Part shown: positions 25,514-37,990 of the stretch, in pieces
How the letters are laid out: every line of letters begins with the position of its first letter
Position numbering within the stretch: position 1 is the first letter of the stretch
Assembly: GCA_011109175.1 (NCBI GenBank)
Contig: RDEW01000017.1
Coordinates: forward strand, 813,855 to 877,854
Origin: Dicyema japonicum
Taxonomy: Eukaryota > Animalia > Dicyemida
Length of the DNA stretch: 64,000 nucleotides
Direction of reading: 5' to 3'
Position numbers and translations under genes: made by a program
Notes under the pieces: generated by a model
Databases searched by the model: none
What the model was told of the DNA's origin: nothing
What the model saw: the letters and a program-made list of their open reading frames with translations, nothing else

Positions 25514-26942
25514 TTAATAGAACACATATTCTACTAAATTGAATATATAGTCTGTCGGATCCATATTAAGTAATATTTGTTCTTGAACAAATCTCAATAT
25601 ATTCTCAGATAAAGCGATATATTTAGTTTTTCTAAGAATTTTTTCTCCATTTTGTAATCTTAAGAATTTAATCATTATGCCTTCTTCTTTTATCAATTTC
25701 TTTACAAAATTTCTTGGCGTCTTGTTTAGTGTCCCAAATGTACTTCTAAAAACGTTGTGCCAGCCTTCAATGGAGTTATTTGTCCGAGGTAAGTCCTCAT
25801 ATAGATTATCCAGATTATTCCAATAATTAATTGGAAATCTTGGAATTAATCCATTTTCTTGATTTCCGATATAATTGATCAAGAAATATTGATATAATGG
25901 AGTTAGAATCACAGGAAAATCTGATCTCGACACTATCCAATCAAAAGTGTTCTTTACAGTATGTGTAGGAATAAAGGAGAGGCATTTCAACAGTTTTACA
26001 AATCTATCGTTAATTTTAAATCACATTTAACCTATTTATATCTTCATTATTTATGTCGTTGAAAATTCCTAGTTCCAATATTTTTTTATTAATATTTTGT
26101 CCTAGATGGAACATGCAGCAATTTATCCGTGCGTTTGGAAATGATTTTTGAAAAGAGTTTATTGCTCCTTTTTCAAAATCTGAGACAATAACTCTTGGTT
26201 CTAAATCCGGAATGAGACGTTTAATTATTTGAAGCATTGTGTCATATTCATTTTCAGTTTTTGATGTTAAAAGACAGAAAATTATTGGAATTACATGGTG
26301 ATTAATTATTACCGATATTGTGAATAATTGCTTCCAAGGAAGAGGGCAGACAGAAAAAGTCCCATCAATAGACCATATTTTATGATTTTTTAATGGTGTC
26401 GTCATTTCAGAATTAAAAAAAATAACCATATTTGTCTCAACATCTGATAAGTTAATCATTAATATACCAATATTTTGGCGAAAACTGTGTCCAAACTGAT
26501 AGAATCTATGCCCTCGTAAGGTATACATTAAATTCTCCTCAATATTAAGAACTGAATCATCACTTTCGTGTGGGATACTTTTTCTTGTTCTATTAATCAG
26601 TTGTTCCAGAGAAGAATGAGTCCCTGTCAAAGCAATAGTTGTCAAATTTTGTCCAAGCAGAGAATTATTAATAATCTGTCTAGGACCCATATCACATAAG
26701 AGTGATTTCTGCTTTATGTCCTCCCGTATTAAGGCTCTCTTGACAAATTCACTCCTTGGAAGATGATTATGTTGCTTCAGACTCCAAACTTCATCACAGG
26801 ATTGAATAGTTTTTACAGATCCAGGACAAGTACGATCTGAGCACCTCCAATATGTGATATGTCCCTTCCTGTATTTTAAATGATAAAGATTTCCATCATG
26901 TTCTAAACTTCTATTTCCCTTTTGGTTAACAAGAAACGGCAT
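25514..26942 (-). CDS. FLYWCH + MULE transposase, 466 aa, one 28-nt intron (26004-26031)
   Basis: ITYWRCSDRTCPG..HNH (FLYWCH), WSIDGTF, IVSDFEKG, CCMFHLGQ, PRTNNSIEGWHN; splicing joins the two track ORFs in frame (INRFVKLLKCLSFIP). Confidence 0.9.
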
Positions 26943-27505
26943 GCAATAGTGAATCAATTAATTAATTAAATTATTCAAAAGTTTTATTATAATAAAAGAA
27001 ATTAAAAGAGACAATAACTTATTAAATTTAGTTTTAATAAAAATAATTAATTTTTATTCCAAAGTCAATTAGTATCTTAAAATCATAGGGTTTGGAGGAC
27101 TTTGGTAAAATGTTCCGCTCACCCATAGGATCCCTTAAAATCAATTTTTATAAGATTTAAAAAAGATGACTTTTTTACCTAAAGATGTCGAGGACCTTGG
27201 TAAAATGTTCCACTTACCCATAGGACTCCTTAAAATCAATTTTTATAAGATTTAAAAAAGATGACTTTTTTACCTAAAGATGTCGAGGACCTTGGTAAAA
27301 TGTTCCACTTACCCATAGGACTTCTTAAAATCAATTTTTATAAGATTTAAAAAAGATGACTTTTTTACCTAAAGATGTCGAGGACCTTGGTAAAATCAAT
27401 TTTTATAAGATTTAAAAAAGATGACTTTTTTACCTAAAGATGTCGTTTCGCTAAAATCTCGTGATGTTTATTGATGAACTTATCCAAAACCTGAAAAAAT
27501 TAATT

Positions 27506-27680
27506 GGAGGCCATTTTGAATGGAGGCCATTTTGAATGGAGGCCATTTTGAATGGAGGCCGTTTTGAATGGAGGCCATTTTGAATGGAGGCCATTTTGAA
27601 TGGAGGCCATTTTGAATGGAGGCCGTTTTGAATGGAGGCCATTTTGAATGGAGGCCATTTTGAAAGAGGCCATTTTGAAT
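27506..27680 (+). repeat. 11 tandem copies of the 16-bp unit GGAGGCCATTTTGAAT (MULE right TIR)
   Basis: Direct reading; the inverse 4-copy array lies at 25030-25095. Confidence 0.95.
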
Positions 27681-27837
27681 GGACACGAAGAAAACACAAT
27701 AAAAATTGTTTCAAAAAACATGGGCAATCGAATGTCATTAAAATCTGCTAATGAAAATATGCAAAATTTTGTTTTGACTGAGTACAAAAAACTGGAATAA
27801 CTTGCTAATAAAAAAAATTTGTGAAGAATATATTGTC

Positions 27838-28143
27838 GCCGGGTGGCATAGTTGTTAGGTGTCGTCTAAAGTGACTTAGGTTACGGGTTCGATTCTCGCT
27901 GCTGTTCACCTGGTGGAAGGTTCCACGCATCTACGATGTTAAAAGGGTTTGACGAGTGACGCCCTCACCAGTGGATACTCTAGAAAGGACCCACGCACAA
28001 GAAAAAGAAAAAAAAGAAGTGAAGATCAGTCCTTGGTTCTACGATTAGTTAAAATTAACTGTTCTTTACTTAAATAAAGTGTGTGTCCTCCCTATGCGGA
28101 GCTATAAATATTATGGCTCACGTGAAAAGGCTTTATTATTATT
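27838..28143 (+). mobile_element. tRNA-derived SINE with an RTE-type 3' tail
   Basis: A-box-like TGGCATAGTTG, B-box GGTTCGATTC (27886-27895), body shared with 59461-59739, tail matching the RTE end at 62941-62990. Confidence 0.82.
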
Positions 28144-28340
28144 ATGTCGACGAGGGAATAATTAGTGCTGAAAAAGGAAAGATTATTATATATGAAAACA
28201 TAAATATTAATTACAATTGAATTAGTATTTTTATTACTTTCACAATCCGAAAGGCGTCCAATTTTTTGTTCGGATTAATGAGGGTTTACTGTACATAAAA
28301 AATACAATATTAGGGGAAAATTAGCGATTACTATTTTAAT

Positions 28341-28437
28341 TATTATTACCTCCAGGATCACTGGGTCAAAGAGAAAGAAAAAGTTTTCAACTAAGTGATC
28401 CCAGACCGACGAGGTAGAGGACGAGTTCAGGCGGGTC
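28341..28437 (-). mobile_element. About 100-bp 5'-truncated Vingi-like 3' end
   Basis: Reverse complement matches 21727-21830, including the hairpin and TAA tail. Confidence 0.85.
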
Positions 28438-28567
28438 TATTTTAATTTTTTTAAACAAAATAATTTTTTAATTAATAAATAAAATACCTTTCTTATTTTT
28501 AACATGCTATTTAATTTAAAAATAATTTTCAAATAAAATTTTATTAAAAATTTAAATAATTACGCTT

Positions 28568-28686
28568 CCGCGAGAGACTGGTTGGTTCCGAGAACGTATC
28601 TCGTTGGCTATTGTTAGGGGAAATAGCATGGCCATTCAGATGCCTAAATTTAATTTTTATTAATTACCTTAATAAATTTTTTTCTT
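28568..28686 (+). mobile_element. Short 5'-truncated CRE copy with a 9-bp TSD
   Basis: About 85 nt identical to 31873-31955; flanked by attacgctt at 28559-28567 and 28687-28695. Confidence 0.85.
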
Positions 28687-28989
28687 ATTACGCTTTTGCA
28701 GATATGATTTAAAAAATTAAAAAATATTGAAAAAATGTATAAATTATTTTACTTTATGTAGTTGATGCGCTTTTCTATTGGGGGAGAAGATGAACTGTAT
28801 TAATAATAAAAAGATTCCTTTGATTTAAAATATATGAAATGCAGATTGAACATATGACTTATTAACTTTTTGAGTGTAATGATACTTTCAGATAATACGC
28901 CTTCTGAATTTGGACAAAAATTAACCAGGAATTTATTCTGAATCAGAAGGGAGATTTTTTTGATTTTATAAATTCAAATATATACAGTT

Positions 28990-31900
28990 CTATCTCCTAT
29001 TATCTATTCATGTCTGTTTTTTATGATGTACTACACGAAGACACCTCATGCAAAGGGTGCAGAGTATCCAATTCCCGCAAGTGCGGGATTCGATGTTCTG
29101 TATGTGTTGGTTACTACCACATAGGTTGTGAAAAACTATCCAAGAAAATTGCTCGATCACTTCCCTCGTGGTCGTGCCGTCTGGAACTCACTAAAATTGA
29201 ACCTCATGATCATTTTGTGTCATCATCATCTGTATCAGATCTTCTGGAAGCCATGTCTCCGGAGGATTTTCTGGTTTTATTATCAAACACGCGACAAAGG
29301 AAGATTATCCCTGTCAGGATCCCCAAGGCTTCCCGGATCTCAATTGCTTCTGCCCTTTCTTCTTGCATTGAGAAAGCTGTGTCCAATGGCTCGAAAAAGG
29401 ATTGGATGGTTCTTTTCTCTTTCCCTGTCCCTGGCTATGGGTTAGAGAGTAAGCCTGCCCCATCTTCTCGGAAACCCTCTCTATCCCATGTCCTGAAGAA
29501 GCGCGTGAGTGCCTTTATGGATTCATGGGAGTCCCTGGCTGAAGAATTATTTGTTTCCCCAGTTGATTACTTCCCAAAGTCCAATTCCAACAATCCAGTA
29601 TGGCTCCTGAGAGGCTTCGCTCTCGTGTCAGGAGGAAATTGATGGAGGGCGATCTTACTGCTGCAGTTCGAACTGTTTGTACGGATTCTGACCCGGTGAA
29701 AGCCACTCAGGAGACACTCTGTATATTGGGACAGAAACATCCTCCTGAACCAGAAGACTTTTGTAAACCTGTTCGTCCAGAACAATCTATGCATGATATT
29801 TCCACTTCAGCCATTTACAACGCTCTTTGTTCTTTCCGAAGAAGTAGCAGTGGAGGAGTTGACGGTCTCAAACCTGGCCATCTGTCAGACTTGGTGTCCC
29901 ATTCTGTCGGCAGGCCTGGATCGCTACTCTTGGAGCGAACCCGGGATCTCGTAGCTCGCATGCTTTCCGGAAACGTTTCCGATTTTGGTCGGAATCTCCT
30001 CTTTTCGGCGAATCTAACGGGCCTTGGAAAGAAAGATGGTGGTATTCGCCCCATTGCAATTGGAAACGTATTTCGACGTTTATCCGCAAAAATGGCTTGT
30101 CGTTTTGTTATCTCCCGAATTTCAGCCGAATTTTGTCCTTCGCAGCTTGGTGTCGGAATCAATGGCGGCTGTGAAGCTGGGATCCACGCAGTGAGAGAAT
30201 TTGCGTCACAATCAGCTGAATTGAATGTTGAGGACAGAGTTTTATTCAAATTGGACCTCCGGAATGCCTTCAATTCAGTCAGAAGGGACACCGTCCTTGA
30301 TACCTGTAGGAGGAGGATTCCTCAGATTTATCCCTTTGTATATCTCGCGTATTCGGATCCATCCCCTCTTGTTTTTGGCAGTGGAATTATTTCGTCCGGA
30401 TCCGGAGTTCAACAGGGGGACCCACTCGGTCCTCTTCTATTTTCCTTGTCTATCGACCATATTGCCCAGGACCGTTGCACTCCACTGAACGTCTGGTATC
30501 TGGACGATTGTATTCTCGGTGGAAGTCCCGATGATATTCTCTCCAAAGTTGCGTCGATCAGAAGTTTGTGTGGAAAAATCGGTCTGGAATTTAACAATGA
30601 AAAGTGCGAAGCAATTAATCTGAATTTGAGTTCCGATTCATTCTACCTTTTTCATAGAAAACTCTGCGAATCATCCCAGGGGTTAGGGAGACTCATATTG
30701 ATTCTCTCGACTTCCTTGGGTGTGGGATTTTGGTAAACCGGGTGAGGGAGTTATTGGAAGGCAAGAGGACTAATTTACGTCAGTATGCCGACAGGATGAG
30801 TTTTTTGGATCATGTCGCCTTTTTTATGCTGAAGAATTGTCTCCTTCTCCCAAAACTCCTTTTTATTCTACGGGGATCCCCATGCTACGCCGAAAAAGAC
30901 CTTCTATCGTTAATTGATATGGATATCCGGTCAACGATGGGGTCCATTCTTAATGTTCGTTTTGATGATTTCGGATGGTTACAGGCCTCACTCCCTGTAG
31001 CCTGCGGTGGTTTGGGTCTTTCTCTTCCTTCGGACGTTGCTTTGGGCGCCTATTTATCTTCGTTCGGCTCGTCAAGGCGTTTAGTGGATACGGTCCTTCA
31101 CTCTACTTCCGGACTAAACGTACCGCTGACGCCGTCGGGAGCCTGGGATGAATGGATGAATTTGTACCTGAATGCTCCGGTCAATTGTGATAAGCAAAAG
31201 TCCTATTTGTTTTGTGTCTTCGAAAAGAAGAAAGAGTCCCTTGAAAAGACGGAAGATGTAAGAAGGCTTGCCTGCCTCAAAACAGCCAGTTGCCACTCGA
31301 CGGGGGCCTGGATGAACGCTTATCCATCTGCCGAAATTGGAAACCTGTTGGATGATGAGGCTGTGAGAATAGCTACCTCGCTTCGTCTTGGTCTTAAATT
31401 GTGTGCCGAAAGAAAATGCCGCTGTGGACGTTGGATCGATCCTTTTGGTTATCATCCCTTGTCATGCAAGATGAGTGCGGGTCGTTTCCCCAGGCACTCC
31501 TGTCTTAACATGACATTAAAGAATTCCCTTGCCTCTGCTGGACACCATTGCCTATTAGAACCTGCTGGTCTTTCCCGAATCGATGGAAAACGCCCTGATG
31601 GGATGACGACTTTTCCATTCGCCAACGGACGAAACCTGATCTGGGACGTGACGTGTGTTGATACTTATTCCCCGTCTAATTTGGGTGCTTCTGCTTCAGA
31701 CCCAGGACATGCTTCGAAGCAGGCCGAGGAACGAAAGAGGAGGAAGTACCAGAGAATTTCGGAGGAGTATCTTTTTGTTCCATTCGTGGTGGAAACGTCA
31801 GGAATCCTTGGCCCCCAAGCAGATGAGTTGGTTCGTAAGATCGGCTCCATGATTCAAGCTGTGACCAAGGATCCGCGAGAGACTGGTTGGTTCCGAGAAC

Positions 31901-31990
31901 GTATCTCGTTGGCTATTGTTAGGGGAAATAGCATGGCCATTCAGATGCCTTAATTTAATTTTTACATTTAAAAGTGTTCTTTAAATAAAT
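28990..31990 (+). mobile_element. Near full-length CRE-clade LINE: PHD finger, RT, zinc knuckle and RLE endonuclease; two frameshifts
   Basis: CKGC..CSVCVGYYHIGC..WSC; GIRPIAIG, QLGVG, DLRNAFNSV, GVQQGDPLGPLLF, WYLDD; CRCG..HPLSCK..RH, KRPDG, WDVTC, AEERKRRKY, PFVVETSG. Confidence 0.92.
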
Positions 31991-32029
31991 TGGGTTTAAT
32001 TTCAAAAAAAAAAATTTTTTTTTAATTAA

Positions 32030-32800
32030 AAAATTTAAAATCCTTGGGTAGGACAGCGTACTTATCCGTTTCCACCTCTCGGCCTTCTCAGCGGCAGAAC
32101 AGGCTTCATAGGCACTCTGGAGTAGGTTGCAAGGGGCAAACGTGTCGGTGCAGGTGACGTCCCAGATAAGAAGTTTCTCGGTTTCAAAAGGGAAGATTGT
32201 CATCCCATCTTATCCATCACCGTCACGCCTGCAAAGACCGATTGACTCGAGCATGGAGGGGTGTCCGGCAACGTCCAAAGCTCGCCCAACGGCCTTGTTC
32301 AAGGCCATGTGTCTGGGAAATCTGCCTGCACTATTCCTGCAGGAGAAAGGGTGTGGGCCAAAACAGTCGATCTGGTCTCCGCATCGGCCCTATGTGGAAC
32401 ACAGACTTTTAATCCCAATCGTAATGAGATTCCAAAATGGACGCATTCGTCATCCAGGAGGATACCCAAAACTCCATTGAGATTGGCGTTGAGCCAGACA
32501 CCTCTCTCGGAAGACGCCTCCGACCTTGGCGATGTTGGCTAGATGACACTAGCAAATCATCAAAAGGAATTACTGCATATATCATCGTCCAGGCCGCGCT
32601 GAGAGAACGCGGAAGGAAGGCAGGCCAAACGAGCATGGCCAGCGTCCTTGTCAATAGAGAATTAAGGCAGAGTGTAGAATCCTCTTGACATGGGTGTTAC
32701 AGACCATTAGCGATGATGGATATGAAAGGATAGAAAGGTCCACAGGGTTGTGAATTCCAAGCCCCCGAGTCTCAATGGCAGCGTAGCTTGCTTCCATGAG
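32030..32800 (-). mobile_element. Degenerate CRE 3' fragment, tail-to-tail with the previous element
   Basis: LIWDVTCTDTFAP..AEKAERWK; ILESHYDWD region. Confidence 0.75.
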
Positions 32801-33018
32801 TAATCCTCGGACAGGAAGTTGAAGATACGCTCCGCTGTCGTACAGAAGATCACGTTAATCTTTGGAGTTATAATTTATTTTATTTAAATAAATTATATTA
32901 AATTGTCTTTAAAAAATTTATTTTAAATAAATATGATCCTCACTATCTAGTGGACATTTTATAGTCACATCACCAAGTCTAATGATAATAATTCCCAAAG
33001 TAAATTAACCATAAATAA

Positions 33019-33996
33019 TCATATAATAGGCTTAATACAGGATACAGGCACTAATCCAGTACAGGTACCCCGTCTCACTTTTATCATACCATTAACTTCC
33101 ACTAATGACTCTGCCCTTAATACTTCATCCGCTTGAAGACTCAACTCATTCATGTTTTTTGCCTCATATTCAAATATTACTTGCACCCACGTGGATTCAT
33201 TTTTTGATGTTTTCTTTCCACCACTAACAGTCAGCACAATCACAACCTCATCAATCCAGGAACCAACGCTCCCAGCAGTTTGGCAGCCTCTGTGTGGTAT
33301 TTAAACTGGGCCTGAATCAACTGTAAAAAAGTATCCTCCATACATTCCTGCATTTATTATAACGACAACCCCCTTAGCGGCGAACTCACTCATTTTATAA
33401 ACGGTCTCCTCCATGGCGGTCTCGAAGGCCACTTTGAGGTCCTTTAGTTCAGTGGAAGACTAGGATCACAGAAAGGATCACTGTGTTGGCGTTTCTGGCC
33501 GCGTCGTAGGAAAGACGAAGGTACTCTAGCTCCTTCTGGCATTCTAATGGTCACTGACTTTCTTAACCTCGATCTCTTCGAAATTCTTGATAAACTTTTC
33601 TAGTGAGGCGTAAAATTCTCCGTGGATTTTCTGCACCATTTTCTGCTCAATTTCTGCCAATCCCAATTCCGTGGCACCGATTTCACTGCAAACTGAAGAA
33701 ATCGAGGTAAAAACACGTGATGTCTGCACAAAACTGGCACCCAAAGACCTGGGATTTATCCTCTTCTCGGTCTGAAGATTGGGGAGACTTAAAGGTCGTA
33801 AATCACCCATAATTGAGCGAACAGCCTTCTTTATGTTCTGACATTTGTTGAATAGGTCTTCGAATTGAGCGTCGTATTGAGTCCTTTCGGCAGTCCCCAG
33901 TATTTCCCCAGTCTTTTGACGAACCTGACTTAGAGGAACTGATGTGCTTTTAACCTTCTTCTTAGCTACATCCATAAAACTCTTAAATTTGTCCAT
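33019..33996 (-). CDS. SH3GLB1: Endophilin-B-like N-BAR/SH3 protein
   Basis: SQVRQKTGEILGTAERTQYDAQFEDL (endophilin-B N-terminus), KELEYLRLSYDAAR after a 23-nt intron, and C-terminal SH3 VIFEYEAKNMNELSL..GLVPVSCI. Paralog assignment is approximate. Confidence 0.75.
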
Positions 33997-34076
33997 TACG
34001 GCTAATTAGAGTACAATATTAATATATTTGAATTATTATTAATTTTTTGTTAAATACATTAATAATTTAAATCACA

Positions 34077-34690
34077 CAGGGTTTTCATATTTATTTAATA
34101 ACTTTGTCATAAAATTTAATAACTTTGTCAAATATTTTTGGTATTATTAAGTTCCTACAAAAAACAAATTTCAGCGCAAAAAAAATTAAATGAATAGTTA
34201 CAAAAATATTACTGTATCCGAGGATAACCGAAAACTTATAATAATTAGATATGAAGCAGGATTGGCTTATTCAAAATAAGTGAAGACATCTGCATTAACT
34301 ACCAGACAGTTGTTTCCATCGTCAAAAATAAGAGAAGTTTCGCCTCAACAAGACATAATTGTGGACGAAAAAACTTAATTCATCGAACATTTTATTTTTG
34401 ACTAAAAGAATTGAAGAAGATGCTTCATTTACGGTGAAGACTTTACAAAATTCTTTATTTGATGTGCAAAGAAAAAATGTCTCTCTATCGACATTGTGTG
34501 CAATGATTTGTATAGCCACATGCGGAGCTATTTAGTTAAAGCATTGGCTAATGAGGAATATTAATTTACAGTTGTTTTTTTAAATTAATTATAACATTGG
34601 TTTTTTTTCTAATTTGACCTTTGACAAAAGTTATAAAACATTTTGCCAAAGTTATTTAATTTTCTGACAAAGTTATTAAATAAAACCCTG
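34077..34690 (+). mobile_element. Internally deleted Tc1/IS630-like element
   Basis: Imperfect TIRs of about 55 bp starting CAGGGTTTT with repeated TAATAACTTTGTCA; HTH remnant YSKISEDICINYQTVVSIVKNKRS..HNCGRK. Confidence 0.6.
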
Positions 34691-35519
34691 TCGTTTAATT
34701 TATGTGAAATTTTTTGTGGTTCATCTTTTGTAGTGGTGCTGGAAAAGAATTATTATATCCTCTACCTCACCGATTACCACGACGGGGTGGTTTCATTATA
34801 TCCCCTGTATTACCTTCTTGCTGTCTGGTGAACTATTTTACAACTGTATGTCAACGAGATCTGTAGCAAACTTATGGAACTATGTGTTTTGAGGCCTCAA
34901 AGTCACATTGCGCTAATTCAGGAGTAAAATATTTGCAGATTAGTCTCCACTTCATGTTTCCCAGGATTCTCTGTTATACGGAAGGATAGGGTAAGTACAT
35001 CCGATGGAGGCTTTTATATTAGCGGAATTGTATTCACGGATGTCTGTCAAACTGTGTCTTCACTCTGTGAGGGGGATATCTTGGAACACATCTCTATTGG
35101 CAAATTGTTTTATACATTCCACCATCTGGATAATGTCCGATCTCTTATTTCATAGATATTGAGACTGTGGGCTGAAAGAGATTATTATTTGTGACGATTT
35201 GACATCCATGTATCTTATAGTCTCAGCCACCTTACAGCTTAAGGGAGTATATATTGCCGAGTAGACCATATGACTATAATCCTACTAAGCCATCAAGCTT
35301 AATCCTTAATCCTAAGTCATCAGAGCAATGGCATTATTAATTTTTATTCTGAATTTTTATTTGAAACCAGAAACTTAGACATTTGTAAAAATCATGTTTT
35401 AATTGCCAAAACACACTGCATTGTAGTGATGCCCATACCTAGAGGCCGCGAAACCATTTTTGTACGCGAAAATCGCTGAGTGGTCGTAATATCATTTCCG
35501 ATTTAGTTGACTTCTTTAG

Positions 35520-37650
35520 ATTGTTACTCCTTCTTGTCCAAGCTATTAGGCTCTAGTATGGAAGGGTGTTAGGCAGACTCCAGTCCGCGATTCACAACAT
35601 CATTCAAGTTATTGTGACTGGGAATCTCCTAGGTCCCATCCCAAATCTAGCATTTCCTCCGAGAGAAAGGGTAGTTACCTCGTCAGGGCGCTTGCCATCT
35701 ATACGATCCAGGCCCACAGGTTCCAAAATGACTGGAAACTAGCCGCCCTAAGAGAGATGAACAACCCTTAAATGGCGTCTTGTCTCGGGAACCGGCCACT
35801 GCTGAGACGTCAAGAGAGCGTGTAAAGTCTTTTGCAATCCACAACATATCAACAACGACGTGGATGAGGCTGGCACAAGTCGATCCCGAGACGGAAGGAT
35901 ATCCGATTTCGGAGGGCATCCTGTTCCAGACGGGAACCAATTGACGATGATGGAACGCGTTCACCAGCCACTGTTGTAAGGGAAAGAGGCTGACAGAATG
36001 CAAGTTTGACGGTCCAAGTCACTGTTTCCAATGGGTCAAATGAGAACTCTTGAACGTAATGTTGGTCCAGTTCCTCAATCTGTGTGTTCTTCAAAAGCCA
36101 TCGACCAACTCTTCAATCCATCAGCAATTTTGTCGCCCGGAGCGGATTTGCATAAATCTAAAAGAATAGTTCGGATAAGAACTGTGTTGTTTGATAAGAG
36201 GACAGGAAGGATGGCAAGGAAACGTCCACATGAGAAGTTAGGTCGATACCCCCAAATCTGACGGGTAAGAATGCTTGCATCAATCCAATGTTATCGAACT
36301 TTCTACTCACAAATTCTTTAGTAGACTTGAAAGTTGAAATTCTCCACATCGGCAATAGCAGCGTTGGGGAGAAAAAACGTGATCCAGCTTCGTGATTTAG
36401 AGAATTCATTTTTCGAGAGTCCCAGATTACAAATTTTGGGTTTACATGCGTTAATCTCGAGTCCATAACTGCTAAGAATGGGAAGAAATATTCGAGACTT
36501 TTGATTCACCGATCGTAGCATCGTTCAAATACCAACAAATTAAAGCCGTCACAAACGAACGGGCAGCCTCATCGACTGCTGAGGCAAAAAGAAGTGGGCC
36601 AAGAGGATCACCTTATTAGATCTGATGATTTAGTGAGTCCACTACCAATAACGAGATGAGTTGGAGTACCGTTCGTAATGTGAATAATTCTTGGGGCTCT
36701 CCTCAAAATGGATTCAAGAAGATGGTCCCCTCTCACTTCTCTCACCGGATTGAAGGCGGATTAGGCTTCCAACGGCAATAGGCATGATTCCGCACCAGTG
36801 CTTCGAGGTAGACAATAAGAAAATAGATTTCACGGGTGATGAGGGGATGTTCATGATACAAACAGGTTTACAAGTTTGGTTAAAAGAATATCGTTGATTC
36901 CTTCCTCTATTAGAGGTCATCCGAGTATTTCGAACTGGTTATTAGGGGTATCTGCGACCATAGGAATTAGTCTATGGAAGAATGATATGATTGACTTCCA
37001 TTCAGGAAACTAGAATCAGAAATTACTAATCTAGCGTTTTGCAGAGTTGAACGTTAGGCCTTTCGAATTAAGTTACCCTTCTTAGACTATCCAGTACATC
37101 ATTGGGTTATCCCCCATAGTCCAGTCGTCTAAAAACCACGTGTTTAATGAAGTAGAAGCACATTTGTTACACGGCCGATTCCAAGGCTGAACAGAATAGA
37201 CTCCAAGTGGTCCCCTTGCTGGATTTCTGTAAAGTAGGGAATGATGAATTTACGATGTGCCAGGTTTGACTTTTTCCCGTAGGAGGAATATACATGGTCG
37301 TATATTGAAGGGGGTGCATGAACCAATCTCCAGAATTACATCACAGCGTATGTCGTTAAAGGAATTTTCGATGTCAATCACGAGGATAATATACTGGATA
37401 TTCTTGTAGTGTTGTTCAAAAGTCCACGCAGGATGAATTGGCGCTTACAACTTCCAGGAGTGCCGACACCAACCTAGGCTGGTCGCAGATGATCGACAAA
37501 CCTGGGGAGGACTGTATTGCCCGCCAATTTTGATGATGTGGTATCATTGGGAGTATTGATTGACAGTTTTCTTTTGTTGACTTTTTTGCTTTTTCGCAGG
37601 TCATTTTATCTTTTGCAGGTTTTAACATTTTCCTTGTACTTTTCAACAAA
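35520..37650 (-). mobile_element. Highly degenerate CRE-like LINE, preceded by a plus-strand APE remnant at 34850-35330
   Basis: IMPIAVGSLIRL, IQQGDHL, FLPVRFGGIDL, RISFRLGIDLCQPHPRRC, PTCASL..DML remnants. Confidence 0.75.
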
Positions 37651-37874
37651 AAGATTTGATTTCTTATTCAATTTTTTTTACAAATTATACAAAGTTGAGG
37701 AAGACAAATAAGCTTGGGTCCTTACTTCGAGACAGTGAGGACATCGTTTTATATAGTGTTTGCTCCACTGGTCCTTTGAGTCTCGAGAAGGCGGGCCAGG
37801 ACACGAGAGAAGGTTATCTGCGAACATGAAGGGTAAAGTGACGATTTTGTCTGGTCTTATAATGATTTTCTATC

Positions 37875-37990
37875 GAATACCACGTGGCGCCAGCGTTAGT
37901 GTGGTGCTATGTGGCTACTTGAGTTGAAGATTTTTTGTTTGCTTCTACTCTTCTTCCTCTTCCCTTTGGCTCCAGGGAGCTTGAATTCTT
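37875..37990 (+). repeat. Copy of the extended 5' UTR of the Vingi-like family
   Basis: ccacgtggcgcca..tgtggtgct..ttgaag..ttcctcttccctt is shared with 39160-39245(-) and 53960-54025(-). Confidence 0.65.

Larger units (their letters stand above)
25025..27686 (-). mobile_element. Mutator-like (Phantom-type) DNA transposon with long repeat-structured TIRs
   Basis: Inverted termini of about 420 bp (left) and 590 bp (right), built of a 16-bp unit (4 left, 11 right) and 63-97 bp subrepeats; 9-bp TSD aaagaaaac (25016-25024) / gaagaaaac (27687-27695). Confidence 0.92.
24230..28293 (+). mobile_element. Degenerate pogo/Tigger element split by a MULE and a SINE insertion
   Basis: DETG, IDNAPNH and LQPVDSVIIKNFKHYY remnants before 25016; a CFKKHG-like remnant resumes after 27695; right TIR GTTCGGATTAATGAGGGTTTACTG (28268-28291) plus TA. 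A similar TIR remnant lies near 9840. Confidence 0.7.

Noticed and set aside
27451-27787. 16-bp array as a CRISPR, and KMASIQNGLHSKWPPF repeat ORFs
   Set aside because: No spacers; the array is part of the MULE TIR and the ORFs are simply open frames of the repeat.
27838-27905. Functional tRNA gene
   Set aside because: No complete cloverleaf; it continues into a SINE body and tail.
27905-28000. HDV-like ribozyme in the SINE body
   Set aside because: Stems exist, but the putative P2 does not abut P3 and there is no proper J4/2 followed by a P2 partner.
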